DNA of 64,000 bases from positions 48,732,001 to 48,796,000 of the forward strand of contig NC_091994.1 of assembly GCF_044704955.1 (NCBI RefSeq), written 5' to 3'. The position numbers and the translations under genes were made by a program. The notes beneath the pieces were generated by a model. The model searched no databases. It saw only the letters and a list, made by a program, of their open reading frames with translations, and had not been told where the DNA came from. Position 1 is the stretch's first letter. Each line of letters starts with the position of its first letter. Below, piece after piece: positions 49,989-61,217 of the stretch. Source of the stretch: Pristiophorus japonicus. Lineage: Eukaryota.

Positions 49989-52426
49989 GTATGTTGCGGA
50001 ACCAACCAGTAAGCAGGCTATCTTAGATCTGGTACCGTGTAATGAGGCAGAATTAATAAACGATCTCCGAGCAAAGGATCCTCTAAGGATGAGTGAATAT
50101 AACATGGTTGAAATTCAAATTCAGTTGGAGCATGAGAAAGCTGGATCTTAAACCAGTGTCCTCAGCATAAATAAAGGATACTACAAAGGTATGAAGGCAG
50201 AGTTGGCAGAAGTGGACTAGGAAAATAAATTAAAGTGTGTGATGGTTGATGAGAAGTGGCAGACATTTAAGGAGAGATTTCATAACTCGCAATAAAAATA
50301 TATCCCATTGAGATGGAAAGATTGTAAGAGAAGGGATAACCATCCATAGCTAACTAAGGAAATAAGGGATGATATCAAATTAAAAACAAGGGCATACAAT
50401 GTGGCCAAGACTTTTGGAAGGCCAGAGGATTGGTAAACATTTAAAAGCCAGCAAAGAACGACTAAAAAAATGAAGAGAGGGAAGATAGATTATGAAAGTA
50501 AGCTATTTGAAATATAAAAATGGAGTTTTGACAGGTACATAAAAAGGAAAAGAATGGCTAAAGTAAATGTTGGTCCCCCAGAGGATGAGATTGGGGAATA
50601 AATAATGGCGAACAGGGAAATGGCAGAGACGTTGAACAAATATTTTGTATCAGTCTTCAAGGTAGATGACACTAGAAACGTCCCAATAGTGGATAATCAA
50701 GGAGGTATAGGGAGGGAGGAACGTAATACAAACACTATCACTAAACAAAAGGTACTTGTAAAATATTAATTCTGTGTCATTACACAGAACCCGATCTAAG
50801 ATAGACTGCTCTCTGGTTGGTTCCGCAACATACTGTAATAAAGATCTTATGGCTTACATCCAAGGGTCTTAAAAAAGTGGTTGCAGAGATAGTGGATGAA
50901 TTGGTTGTAATCTATCAAAATTCCCTGGAATCTGGGGCAGTCCCTGCGGATTGGAAACCCGCAAATATAATGCCCCATTTAAAAAAGGAGGCAGACAAAA
51001 AGCAGGAAACGATAGACTAATTAGCTTAACATCTGTCGTTGCGAAAATGCTGGAGTTCATTATTAAAGAAGCAGTAGCAGGAGGTTTGGAAAAGAATAAT
51101 TAAATCCAGCAGAGTCAGCATAGCTTTTGTGAAAGGAAAATCATGTTTGACAGATTTGCTGGAGTTCTTTGAGGATGTAACGAGCAAGGTGGAAAAGGGT
51201 GAACCAGTGGATGTGGTATATTTGGATTTCCAGAAGGCACATAAAAGGTTACTGCACAAAATAAAATGTCACTGGGTTGGGGATAATATATGAGCATTGA
51301 TGGAAGATTGGCTAACTAACGGAAAACAGAGAGTTGGGATAAATGGGTCATTTTCCGGTTGGCAAACTAACTAGTGGGGTGCCGCAGGAATTGGTGCTGG
51401 GGCCTCAAATATTTGCAATCTATATTAGTGATTGGATGAAGGGACCGAGTGTAAAGTTGCAAAGTTTGCTGATGATACAAAGATGGGTGGGAAAGCAAAT
51501 TGTGAGGAGGACATAAAAAATATGCAAAGGGATATAGAGAGGCTCATTTAGTGGGCAAAAAATTGGCAGATGTACTATAATGTTGGAAAATGTGAGGTTA
51601 TCCATGTTGGCAGAAAAAATAGAAAAGCAAATTATAATTTAAATTGAGAAAAAGTGCAAAAGGCTGCAGTATAGAGGGACCTGGGGGTCCTTGTGTATGA
51701 AATGCAGAAGTCTAGTAGGCAGGTACAGCAATTAATCAGGAAAGCAAATGGAATATTGTCCTTTATTGCAAGGGGAAATAGAGTATACAAGCAGAGAAGT
51801 CTTGTTAGAACTGTACAGGTTATTGGGCCACACCTGGAGTACTGCGTGAAGTTTTGGTCTCTGTATTTAAGGAAGGATATACTTGCATTGGAGGATGTTC
51901 AGAGAAGGTTCAGTAGGTTGATTCAGGATGATGAGGGGGTTGACTTATGAAGATAGATTGTGTAGGTTGGGCCTATACTCATTGGAGTTCAGAAGAATGA
52001 GAGGTGATCTTATTGAAACATAGAAGATAATGAGGGGGCTTGACAAGGTGGATGCAGAGAGGATACTAAAATTAGGGGACATCGTCTTAGAATAAGGGGC
52101 CACCCATTTAAAACTGAGATGAGGAGGAATTGCTTCTCACAGGGTCGTGAATATATGGAATTCCCCGCCCCAGACAGCTGTGGAGGCTGAGTCATTCAAT
52201 ATATTTAGACCGATTTTTGAGCAATAAGGGAGTAAAGGGTTACAGGGAAGTGGAGCTGAGTCCATGATCGGATCAGCCATGATCTTATTGAATGGCGGAG
52301 CAGGCTCTATGGGCCAAATGGCCAACTCCAGCTCCTATTTCTTATGTTCTTATGTTCATCTGCTGCAGAGAGATGGATGATTTATCTGAGTTTTATCTGA
52401 GCAACATTTAAAGAGTCAGAAGCCCA

Positions 52427-52505
52427 GTAGTGGTCAAGTGGTTAAGGCAATGCACTAAAAATCCATTGGGGTTTCCCCGTGCAGGTTCCAATCCTGTCGA
52501 CTACT
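52427..52505 (+). pseudogene. tRNA-Ser(AGA)-derived pseudogene (right-arm copy, anticodon AAA)
   Basis: Same lesions as 18808-18889 plus a 3-nt acceptor-stem deletion. Confidence 0.9.
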
Positions 52506-53074
52506 GTTCTCAGCATTTTTTATTCCATTTGACAATTTAACCAGGTCCCTGCAAAAGTGATCCTGAGACAGGTGGAATAACGTCCCACACCTTTCAATAC
52601 TGCCATTTTTTTTTCTCATTTTCATTAAACTGCAATTTTCACGATACATACCGATAGAAAAAAAGCAAAAATCAGCCAAATGATTCTGCCTGTCTATCCA
52701 TCTATATGCCTAAGGCAATCTGTGCATGTCTGTTGGTGGGTGTATATTTTTGGTTTTGTGTGTGTATGTATGTGTGTATATCTCTGTGTTTGTGTATCTG
52801 TATGTATGTCTCTGTGCATGTACATCTGTCTGTGGTTACGTGTGTATCTCTGTTTCGCTCTGTGTTCATGTTTGTGTCTCCCTGTGTCTGTCTCTGTTTA
52901 CGTGTATGTCTCTCTTTCAGTGTCTGGTTATGTTCGTCTCTCTCTGTGTCTGTGTTTATATGTGTGTATCTCTGTGCTGTCTGTGATTATTTATTTCGTG
53001 TCTGTCCGTGTCTGTCTGATTGTATATTTGTGCTTCTCTCTGTGCTGTAGGTGTGTGTGTCTGTCTGTGTTGAT

Positions 53075-54308
53075 TTGTTAAGGGAAGGTTGTGTCTGACT
53101 AACATGATTGAAATTTTCGAGGAGGTAACCAGGAGTGTCGATGAAGGCAAAGCGTATAATGTAGTGTATATGGATTTTAGCAAAGCTTTTGATAAGGTCC
53201 CACATGGCAGACTGGTCACAAAAGTAATAGCCCATGGGATCCAGGGCAAAGTGGCAAATTGGATCCAAAATTGGCTCAGACGTGTTTTTGCGACTGGAAA
53301 TGTGGTTCCAAGGGATCAGTACTAGGTCCATTGCTTTTTGTGATAGACTTGAGTGTGGGGGGTATGATTAAGATGTTTGCAGGTGATACTAAAATCGGCT
53401 GTGTGGTTGATCATGAAGAAGAAAGCTGCGGACTGCAGGAAGATATCAATCAACTGGTCAGGTGGACAGAACAGTGCCAAATGGAATTTAATCCAGAGAA
53501 GTGTGATGTAATGCATTTGGAGAGGGTTAACAAGAAAAGGGAATACACATTAAATGGTAGGGTACTGAGAAGTGTAGAGGAACAATGAGACGTTGGAGAG
53601 CATGTCCACATATACCTGAAAATAGCAGGCCAGGTAGATAAGGTGGTTAAGAAGACATACGGAATGCTTGCCTTTATTAGCTGAGGGATAGAATACAAGA
53701 GCAGGGGTGTTATGCTTGAACTATATAAAGCACTGGTCTGGCCACAGCTGAAGTACTGTTTGCAGTTCTGGTCACCACATTACAGAAAGGACGTGATTGC
53801 ACTGGAGAGGGTACAGAGGAGATTTATGAGGATGTTGCTGGGAGTGGAGAATCTAAGCTATGAGGACAGATTGGATAGCCTGGTTTTGTTTTCCATGGAA
53901 CAGAGGAGGCTGAAAGGAGACTTCATTGAGGTGTATAAAATTATGAGAGGCCTGGGTATAGTAGATGGAAAAGGCCTATTTCCCTTAGCAGAGGGATCAA
54001 CACCTAGGGTGAATAAATTTAAAGTAATTAGTAGAAGGTTTATAGGGGATTTGTGATGAAATTTCTGCACCCAGAGGGTGGTGGGGGTCTGAGAACTCAC
54101 TGCCTGAAAGGGCGGGAGAGGCAGAAACCATCATCACATTTAAAAAGTACTTGGATGGGCACTTGAAGTGCCGTAACCTGCAGGGCTACGGACCGAGAAC
54201 TGGAAAGTGTGATTAGTCTGGATAGCCTCTTGTTGGCTGGCGCAGACACGATGGGCCGAAATGGCCTCCTTCCATGCTGTAAATTTCTATTATTCTATGA
54301 TTCTACGG
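53075..54308 (+). mobile_element. CR1 LINE 3' portion (right arm, uninterrupted)
   Basis: RT motifs and tail; carries the empty site for element A. Confidence 0.9.
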
Positions 54309-55330
54309 CACTTACAGTGATGACAGAGTCACTGGTATCATCAGGACCAATCACGGAGGGGGAGGGGGGGGAGGATTACATGTGCTCTGTGTATGGACGA
54401 GGCTTCAGCCCATCATCTGAAATGTCAAGACACAAATGCAGTCTTTCCAGGGAGAAACGGGCTAACTGTGGGGACTGTGGGAAGCAATTTCCTTCCCCAA
54501 CCCAGTTGTAAAATAATCAGCACGTTCACACCGTAGGGAGGTTGTTCTCGGGTGCCGTGTATGGGAACTGAATCAATAATTTATCCATCCTGCAGAAGCA
54601 CGCGATAGTTCACATTGACGTGAAATACCACTCAGGGGCTCTTACTGCGGAAAGGGGTTTAGGCACTCATTCCACCTGCTGACACACCAAAGAATTCACA
54701 CTGGAGAGAGATTGTTTACCTGCCACGGTCGTGCGAAGGGATTTGTTCAGTCTATGAACCCGATGGAACATAGCGGAGAGAAACCAGTTAAATCTTAGAA
54801 TAAAGGGCTGCCCATTTAAAACTGAGATGAGGAGGAATTTCTTCTCTCAGAGGGTTGTAAATCTGTGGAATTCGCTGCCTCAGAGTGCTGTTGAAGCTGG
54901 GTCATTGAATAATTTAAGACAGAGATGGACAGTTTCTTAACCGATAGGGGAATAAGGGGAGCGGGCAGGAAAGTGGACCTGAGCCCATGATCGGATCAGC
55001 CATGATCATATTAAATGGCGGAGCAGTCTCGAGGGGCCATATGGCCTACTCCTGCTTCAATTTCTTATGTTCTTATCTTCTTATGTTCTTAAATGTCCCG
55101 TGTGTGGCAAGGGATTCACCCATCCTTCCCACTTGATAGTGCATTAGCAAGTTCACACTAGGGAGCGTCTGTTCAACTGCTCTGAGTGTGGGAAAGGATT
55201 CATTTGAACATCCCACCTGCTGAAACACCAGCGAGTTCACACTGGGGAGAGGCCGTTTACCTGCTCCCAATGTGGAAAGGGAGTCACTTATTGGAGCTAT
55301 CTGCTGAAACACCCCCCGGGCAGTTCACAA
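54309..55330 (+). pseudogene. C2H2 zinc-finger array pseudogene (right-arm copy), with CR1 fragment 54794-55088
   Basis: [49 protein letters not shown]; stops; CR1 fragment flanked by TSD TTAAAT. Confidence 0.9.
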
Positions 55331-55679
55331 GTGACTCCCGGTGTTCAATTCTGCTGTTAGTGCTGCTGTTAATCACATCCAGGTCTGAACTGTACCTTGG
55401 CTGGGTTAATATTCTGGATATATATCAAATAAAGGAAAGGGTGATGGGCTTTTTAAATGACTTACTTCCAATACTGTAAACTACCAAGTATGTGGTCCAT
55501 ACAATCGAAAATATGATTAATGCTTCTGGCTGGACATTGCAATTGGGTTACACTGAGAAAAAGCTGAGACAAACACGATGGGTTCAGCAGTACCGCCTGG
55601 GCCCAGCAGATGGGGATATCCCACAATTTAATTCCACCTGAGAGGAGCGTAACTGCCTCCGAGAACAGGATGTGTGAGG

Positions 55680-56150
55680 AGAGCTCAGGGTCAGACTCTG
55701 AGCATACAGCTCCCCACAGGGACATCACACAGTGCCCCTCCCTGGGGCAGCTCAGGGTTAGACTCTGAACATACTGCACCGCACAGGGACATCACACACT
55801 TGCCCCTCCCTGGGGCAGCTGAAGGTTAGACAATGAACATACTGCTCCCCACAGGGACATCACACACTGCCCTCTCTCTGGTGCAGCCCAGGGTCATACT
55901 CTGTATATATTGCACCACTCAGGGACATCACACACTCCCTCCTCCCCAAAGCAGCTCAGGATCAGACTCTGAACATACTGCACTTCACAGGGACATCACA
56001 CACTGCCCCATCTCTGGTGTAGCCCAGAGTCAGACTCACCTCTTACTGCAGCCCACAGCGACATCACCGACAGCCCAATCCATGGGGCAGCTCAGGGTCA
56101 TGATCTGAACAAACTGCACCTCACAGAGACATCACAAACTGCATCTACCT
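55680..56150 (+). repeat. ~64-bp minisatellite, about 7 units
   Basis: CAGCTCAGGGTCAGACTCTGAACATACTGC..CACAGGGACATCACACACTGCCCCTC. Confidence 0.9.
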
Positions 56151-57285
56151 GTAAGAATACAGGCTTTGGAGAGTATTTTGAGGGATTAGGCATTGCGAGT
56201 GCAAAATGAACCAAAGACTTTCAATGAAAAGCTTGATCTACAAAGACAAACAGACTGCTTTGGATTTCCTGCTGAGACAAGGTTCTGGTTCAGTCACCTG
56301 TAGCTGTGGTGTTACAATCACACATTTTATCACTGGGAAACACACGTATTATCGCTGGGAAACACACGTATCATCACTGGGAAACGCACGTATTATCACT
56401 GGGAAATAACTCTGGGGAGCTCAGAGTTGTCTTCGTTTATTTGCTCATCTATCTTCTCTGAAGGTATAAGCACACAGAGCATTTGCAAACTGTTGAAACA
56501 TAGAAACATAGAAAATAGGTGCAGGAGTCGGCCATTCGGCCATTCGAGCCTGCACCACCATTCAATAAGGTCATGGCTGATCATTCACCTCAGTACCCCT
56601 TTCTTGCTTTCTCTCCATACCCCTTGATCCCCTTAGCCCTAAGGGCCATATCAAACTCGCTCTTGAATATATCCAATGAACTGGCACCAACAACTCTCTG
56701 CGGCAGGAAATTCCACAGGTTAACAACTCTCTGAGTGAAGAAGTTTCTCTTCATCTCAGTCCTAAATGGCCTACCCCTTATCCTAAGATTATGTCCCCTG
56801 GTTCTGGACTTCCCCAAAATCGGGAACATTCTTCCTGCATCTAACCTGTCCAATCCCGTCAGAATCTTATACGTTTCTATGAGATCCCCTCTCATCCTTC
56901 TAACCTCCAGTGAATAAAGGCCCAGTTGATCCAGTCTCTCCTCACATGACAGTCCAGCCATCCCTGGAATCAGTCTGGTGAACCTTCGCTGCACTCCCTC
57001 AAGAGGCGGGAGCTCGGAGCAGCGCGAGTCCAGGGTCGGCGAGAGGCCTATAAAGGCCAGCGGGAGTCGAGCAGTCAGTCGAGGAGGCGGGAGCTCGGAG
57101 CAGCTCGAGTCCGGGGTCGGCGAGAGGCGTACCGGTGCAGCTACAGGGAGAAGGCAAAAAAACAAAGGTGACGTCACAGCCTAGGGGGTAAGTGATTGGT
57201 GAGTAGTTTTTCCTTTTTCTTCTTATATTGGTCAGTAACTTTTAACATTGTTATTACCAGTTTAAGTGTATCTAAGGGTTAAGAC

Positions 57286-58233
57286 ATGGCAGGAGAGCTC
57301 GGTCGGGTGTTATGCTCCTCCTGTACCATGTGGGAACTCAGGGACGCTTCCGGTGTCCCTGACGACTACGTGTGTGAGAAGTGTATCCGCCTCCAGCTCC
57401 TGACGGTCCGCGTTGCGGAATTGGAGCTGAGGGTGGATTCACTCTGGAGCATCCACGATGCTGAGAATGACGTGAGTATCACGTGTAGTGAGTTGGTCTT
57501 ACCGCAGGGAAAGGGTCCACAGCCAGATAGGGAATGGAAGACCAACAGGAAGAGTAGAGCAAGGAAGGTAGTGCAGGGGTCCCCTGCGGTCATCCCCCTG
57601 CAAAACAGATACACCGCTTTGGGTACTGTTGAGGGGAATGACTCATCAGGGGAGGGCAGCAGCAGCCAAGTTCATGGCACCGTGGCTGGCTCTGCTGCAC
57701 AGGAGGGCAAGAAAAAGAGTGGGAGAGCGATAGTGATAGGGGATTCAATTGTGAGGGGAATAGATAGGCGTTTCTGCGGCCGCAACCGAGACTCCAGGAT
57801 GGTATGTTGCCTCCCTGGTGCAAGGGTCAAGGATGTCTCGGAGCGGGTGCAGGACATTCTGAAATGGGAGGGAGAACAGCCAGTTGTCGTGGTGCACATT
57901 GGTACCAACGACATAGGCAAAAAAAGGGATGAGGTCCTACGAAACGAATTTAAGGAGCTAGGAGCTAAATTAAAAAGTAGGACCTCAAAAGTAGTAATCT
58001 CGGGATTGCTACCAGTGCCACGTGATAGTCAGAGTAGGAATCGCAGGATAGCGCAGATGAATACGTGGCTTGAGCAGTGGTGCAGCAGGGAGGGATTCAA
58101 ATTCCTGGGGCATTGGGACCGGTTCTGGGGGAGGTGGGACCAGTACAAACCGGACGGTCTGCACCTGGGCAGGACTGGAACCAATGTCCTAGGGGGAGTG
58201 TTTGCTAGTGCTGTTGGGGAGGATTTAAACTAA
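57286..58233 (+). CDS. CR1 ORF1p (zinc finger/leucine zipper + SGNH esterase), intact
   Basis: CxxC..CxxC, heptad leucines, GDS, GTND and DGLH blocks. Confidence 0.95.
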   Translation: MAGELGRVLCSSCTMWELRDASGVPDDYVCEKCIRLQLLTVRVAELELRVDSLWSIHDAENDVSITCSELVLPQGKGPQPDREWKTNRKSRARKVVQGSPAVIPLQNRYTALGTVEGNDSSGEGSSSQVHGTVAGSAAQEGKKKSGRAIVIGDSIVRGIDRRFCGRNRDSRMVCCLPGARVKDVSERVQDILKWEGEQPVVVVHIGTNDIGKKRDEVLRNEFKELGAKLKSRTSKVVISGLLPVPRDSQSRNRRIAQMNTWLEQWCSREGFKFLGHWDRFWGRWDQYKPDGLHLGRTGTNVLGGVFASAVGEDLN

Positions 58234-61217
58234 TATGGCAGGGGGATGGGAACCAATGCAGGGAGACAGAGGGAAACAAAAAGGAGCCAAAAGCAAAAGA
58301 CAGAAAGGAGATGAGGAAAAGTGTAGGGCAGAGAAACCCAAGGCAAAGAACAAAAAGGGCCACTGTACAGCAAAATTCTAAAAGGACAAAGGGTGTTAAT
58401 AAAACAAGCCTGAAGGCTTTGTGTCTTAATGCAAGGAGTATCCGCAATAAGGTGGATGAATTAATTGTGCAAATAGATGTTAACAAATATGATGTGATTG
58501 GGATTACGGAGACGTGGCTCCAGGATGATCAGGGCTGGGAACTCAACATTCAGGGGTATTCAACATTCAGGAAGGATAGAATAAAAGGAAAAGGAGGTGG
58601 GGTAGCATTGCTGGTTAAAGAGGAGATTAATGCAATAGTTAGGAAAGACATTAGCTTGGATGATGTGGAATCTATATGGGTAGAGCTGCAGAACACCAAA
58701 GGGCAAAAAACGTTAGTAGGAGTTGTGTACAGACCTCCAAACAGTAGTAGGGATGTTGGGGAGGGCATCAAACAGGAAATTAGGGGTGCATGCAATAAAG
58801 GTGTAGCAGTTATAATGGGTGACTTTAATATGCACATAGATTGGGCTAGCCAAACTGGAAGCAATACGGTGGAGGAGGATTTCCTGGAGTGCATAAGGGA
58901 TGGTTTTCTAGACCAATATGTTGAGGAACCAACTAGGGGGGAGGCCATCTTAGACTGGGTGTTGTGTAATGAGAGAGGATTAATTAGCAATCTCATTGTG
59001 CGAGGCCCCTTGGGGAAGAGTGACCATAATATGGTGGAATTCTGCATTAGGATGGAGAATGAAACAGTAATTTCAGAGACCATGGTCCAGAACTTAAAGA
59101 AGGGTAACTTTGAAGGTATGAGGCGTGAATTGGCTAGGATAGATTGGCGAATGATACTTAGGGGGTTGACTGTGGATGGGCAATGGCAGACATTTAGAGA
59201 CCGCATGGATGAAGTACAACAATTGTACATTCCTGTCTGGCGTAAAAATAAAAAGGGGAAGGTGGCTCAACCGTGGCTATCTAGGGAAATCAGGGATAGT
59301 ATTAAAGCCAAGGAAGTGGCATACAAATTGGCCAGAAATAGCAGCGAACCTGGGGACTGGGAGAAATTTAGAACTCAGCAGAGGAGGACAAAGGGTTTGA
59401 TTAGGACAGGGAAAATGGAGTACGAGAAGAAGCTTGCAGGGAACATTAAGGCGGATTGCAAAAGTTTCTATAGGTATGTAAAGAGAAAAAGGTTGGTGAA
59501 GACAAACGTAGGTCCCCTGCAGTCAGAATCAGGGGAAGTCATAACGGGGAACAAAGAAATGGCGGATCAATTGAACAAGTACTTTGGTTCGGTATTCACT
59601 AAGGAGGATACAAACAACCTTCCGGATATAAAAGGGGTCAGAGGGTCTAGTAAGGAAGAGGAACTGAGGGAAATCTTTATTAGTCGGGAAATTGTGTTGG
59701 GGAAATTGATGGGATTGAAGGCCGATAAATCCCCAGGGCCTGATGGCCTGCATCCTAGAGTACTTAAGGAGGTGGCCTTGGAAATAGCGGATGCATTGAC
59801 AGTCATTTTCCAACATTCCATTGACTCTGGATCAGTTCCTATGGAGTGGAGGGTAGCCAATGTAACCCCACTTTTTAAAAAATGAGGGAGAGAGAAAACA
59901 GGGAATTATAGACCGGTCAGCCTGACCTCAGTAGTGGGTAAAATGATGGAATCAATTATTAAGGATGTCATAGCAGTGCATCTGGAAAATGGTGACATGA
60001 TAGGTCGAAGTCAGCATGGATTTGTGAAAGGGAAATCATGCTTGACAAATCTTCTGGAATTTTTTGAGGATGTTTCCAGTAAAGTGGACAAAGGAGAACC
60101 AGTTGATGTGGTATATTTGGACTTTCAGAAGGCTTTCGACAAGGTCCCACACAAGAGATTAATGTGCAAAGTTAAAGCACATGGGATTGGGGGTAGTGTG
60201 CTGACGTGGATTGAGAACTGGTTGTCAGACAGGAAGCAAAGAGTAGGAGTAAACGGGTACTTTTCAGAATGGCAGGCAGTGACTAGTGGAGTGCCGCAAG
60301 GTTCTGTGCTGGGGCCCCAGCTGTTTACATTGTACATTAATGATTTAGACGAGGGGATTAAATGCAGTATCTCCAAATTTGCGGATGATACTAAGTTGGG
60401 TGGCAGTGTGAGCTGCGAGGAGGATGCTATTAGGCTGCAGAGTGACTTGGATAGGTTAGGTGAGTGGGCAAATGCATGGCAGATGAAGTATAATGTGGAT
60501 AAATGTGAGGTTATCCACTTTGGTGGTAAAAACAGAGAGACAGACTATTATCTGAATGGTGACAGATTAGGAAAAGGGAAGGTGCAACGAGACCTGGGTG
60601 TCATGGTACATCAGTCATTGAAGGTTGGCATGCAGGTACAGCAGGCGGTTAAGAAAGCAAATGGCATGTTGGCCTTCATAGCGAGGGGATTTGAATACAG
60701 GGGCAGGGAGGTGTTGCTACAGTTGTACAGGGCCTTGGTGAGGCCACACCTGGAGTATTGTGTACAGTTTTGGTCTCCTAACTTGAGGAAGGACATTCTT
60801 GCTATTGAGGGAGTGCAGCGAAGGTTCACCAGACTGATTCCCGGGATGGCGGGACTGACCTATCAAGAAAGATTGGATCAATTGGGCTTGTATTCACTGG
60901 AGTTCAGAAGAATGAGAGGGGACCTCATAGAAACGTTTAAAATTCTGACGGGTTTAGACAGGTTAGATGCAGAAAGAATGTTCCCAATGTTGGGGAGGTC
61001 CAGAACCAGGGGTCACAGTCTGAGGATAAGGGGTAAGCCATTTAGGACCGAGATGAGGAGAAACTTCTTCACCCAGAGAGTGGTGAACCTGTGGAATTCT
61101 CTACCACAGAAAGTAGTTGAGGCCAATTCACTAAATATATTCAAAAGGGAGTTAGATGAAGTCCTTACTACTCGGGGGATCAAGGGTTATGGCGAGAAAG
61201 CAGGAAGGGGGTACTGA
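58224..61217 (+). CDS. CR1 ORF2p (APE endonuclease + RT) with one in-frame stop at 59883-59885
   Basis: ORFs 58311-59885 and 59934-61217 are in the same frame (offset 1623); KK-TGA-GRE where KKGG is expected; GDFN, SDH, PQGSVLGP, FADD; frame is open back to 58224. Confidence 0.95.

Larger units (their letters stand above)
43901..52355 (+). mobile_element. Older CR1 LINE from ORF1 end to 3' tail, interrupted by Gypsy D and a solo LTR
   Basis: ERALN end of ORF1 at 43910-43924, LKALYLNA endonuclease start, RT motifs, (CTTATGTT)n tail. Confidence 0.88.

Noticed and set aside
52427-52505. Functional tRNA-Phe(AAA) or tRNA-Ser
   Set aside because: Acceptor-stem deletion, mispaired anticodon stem and mutated B box
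58231-58237. TAATATG as a stop-restart signal for CR1 ORF2
   Set aside because: The ATG at 58235 is not in the ORF2 frame and closes at a TAA near 58379; reinitiation at 58311 remains possible
58550-59230. 226-aa antisense ORF in CR1 (and similar antisense ORFs in the Gypsy elements)
   Set aside because: No recognisable motifs and not fully preserved in the sister copy; typical shadow of the coding strand
59883-59885. TGA in CR1 ORF2 as programmed readthrough or selenocysteine
   Set aside because: Other CR1 copies in the window encode KKG at this position, so it is a simple nonsense change or sequencing error
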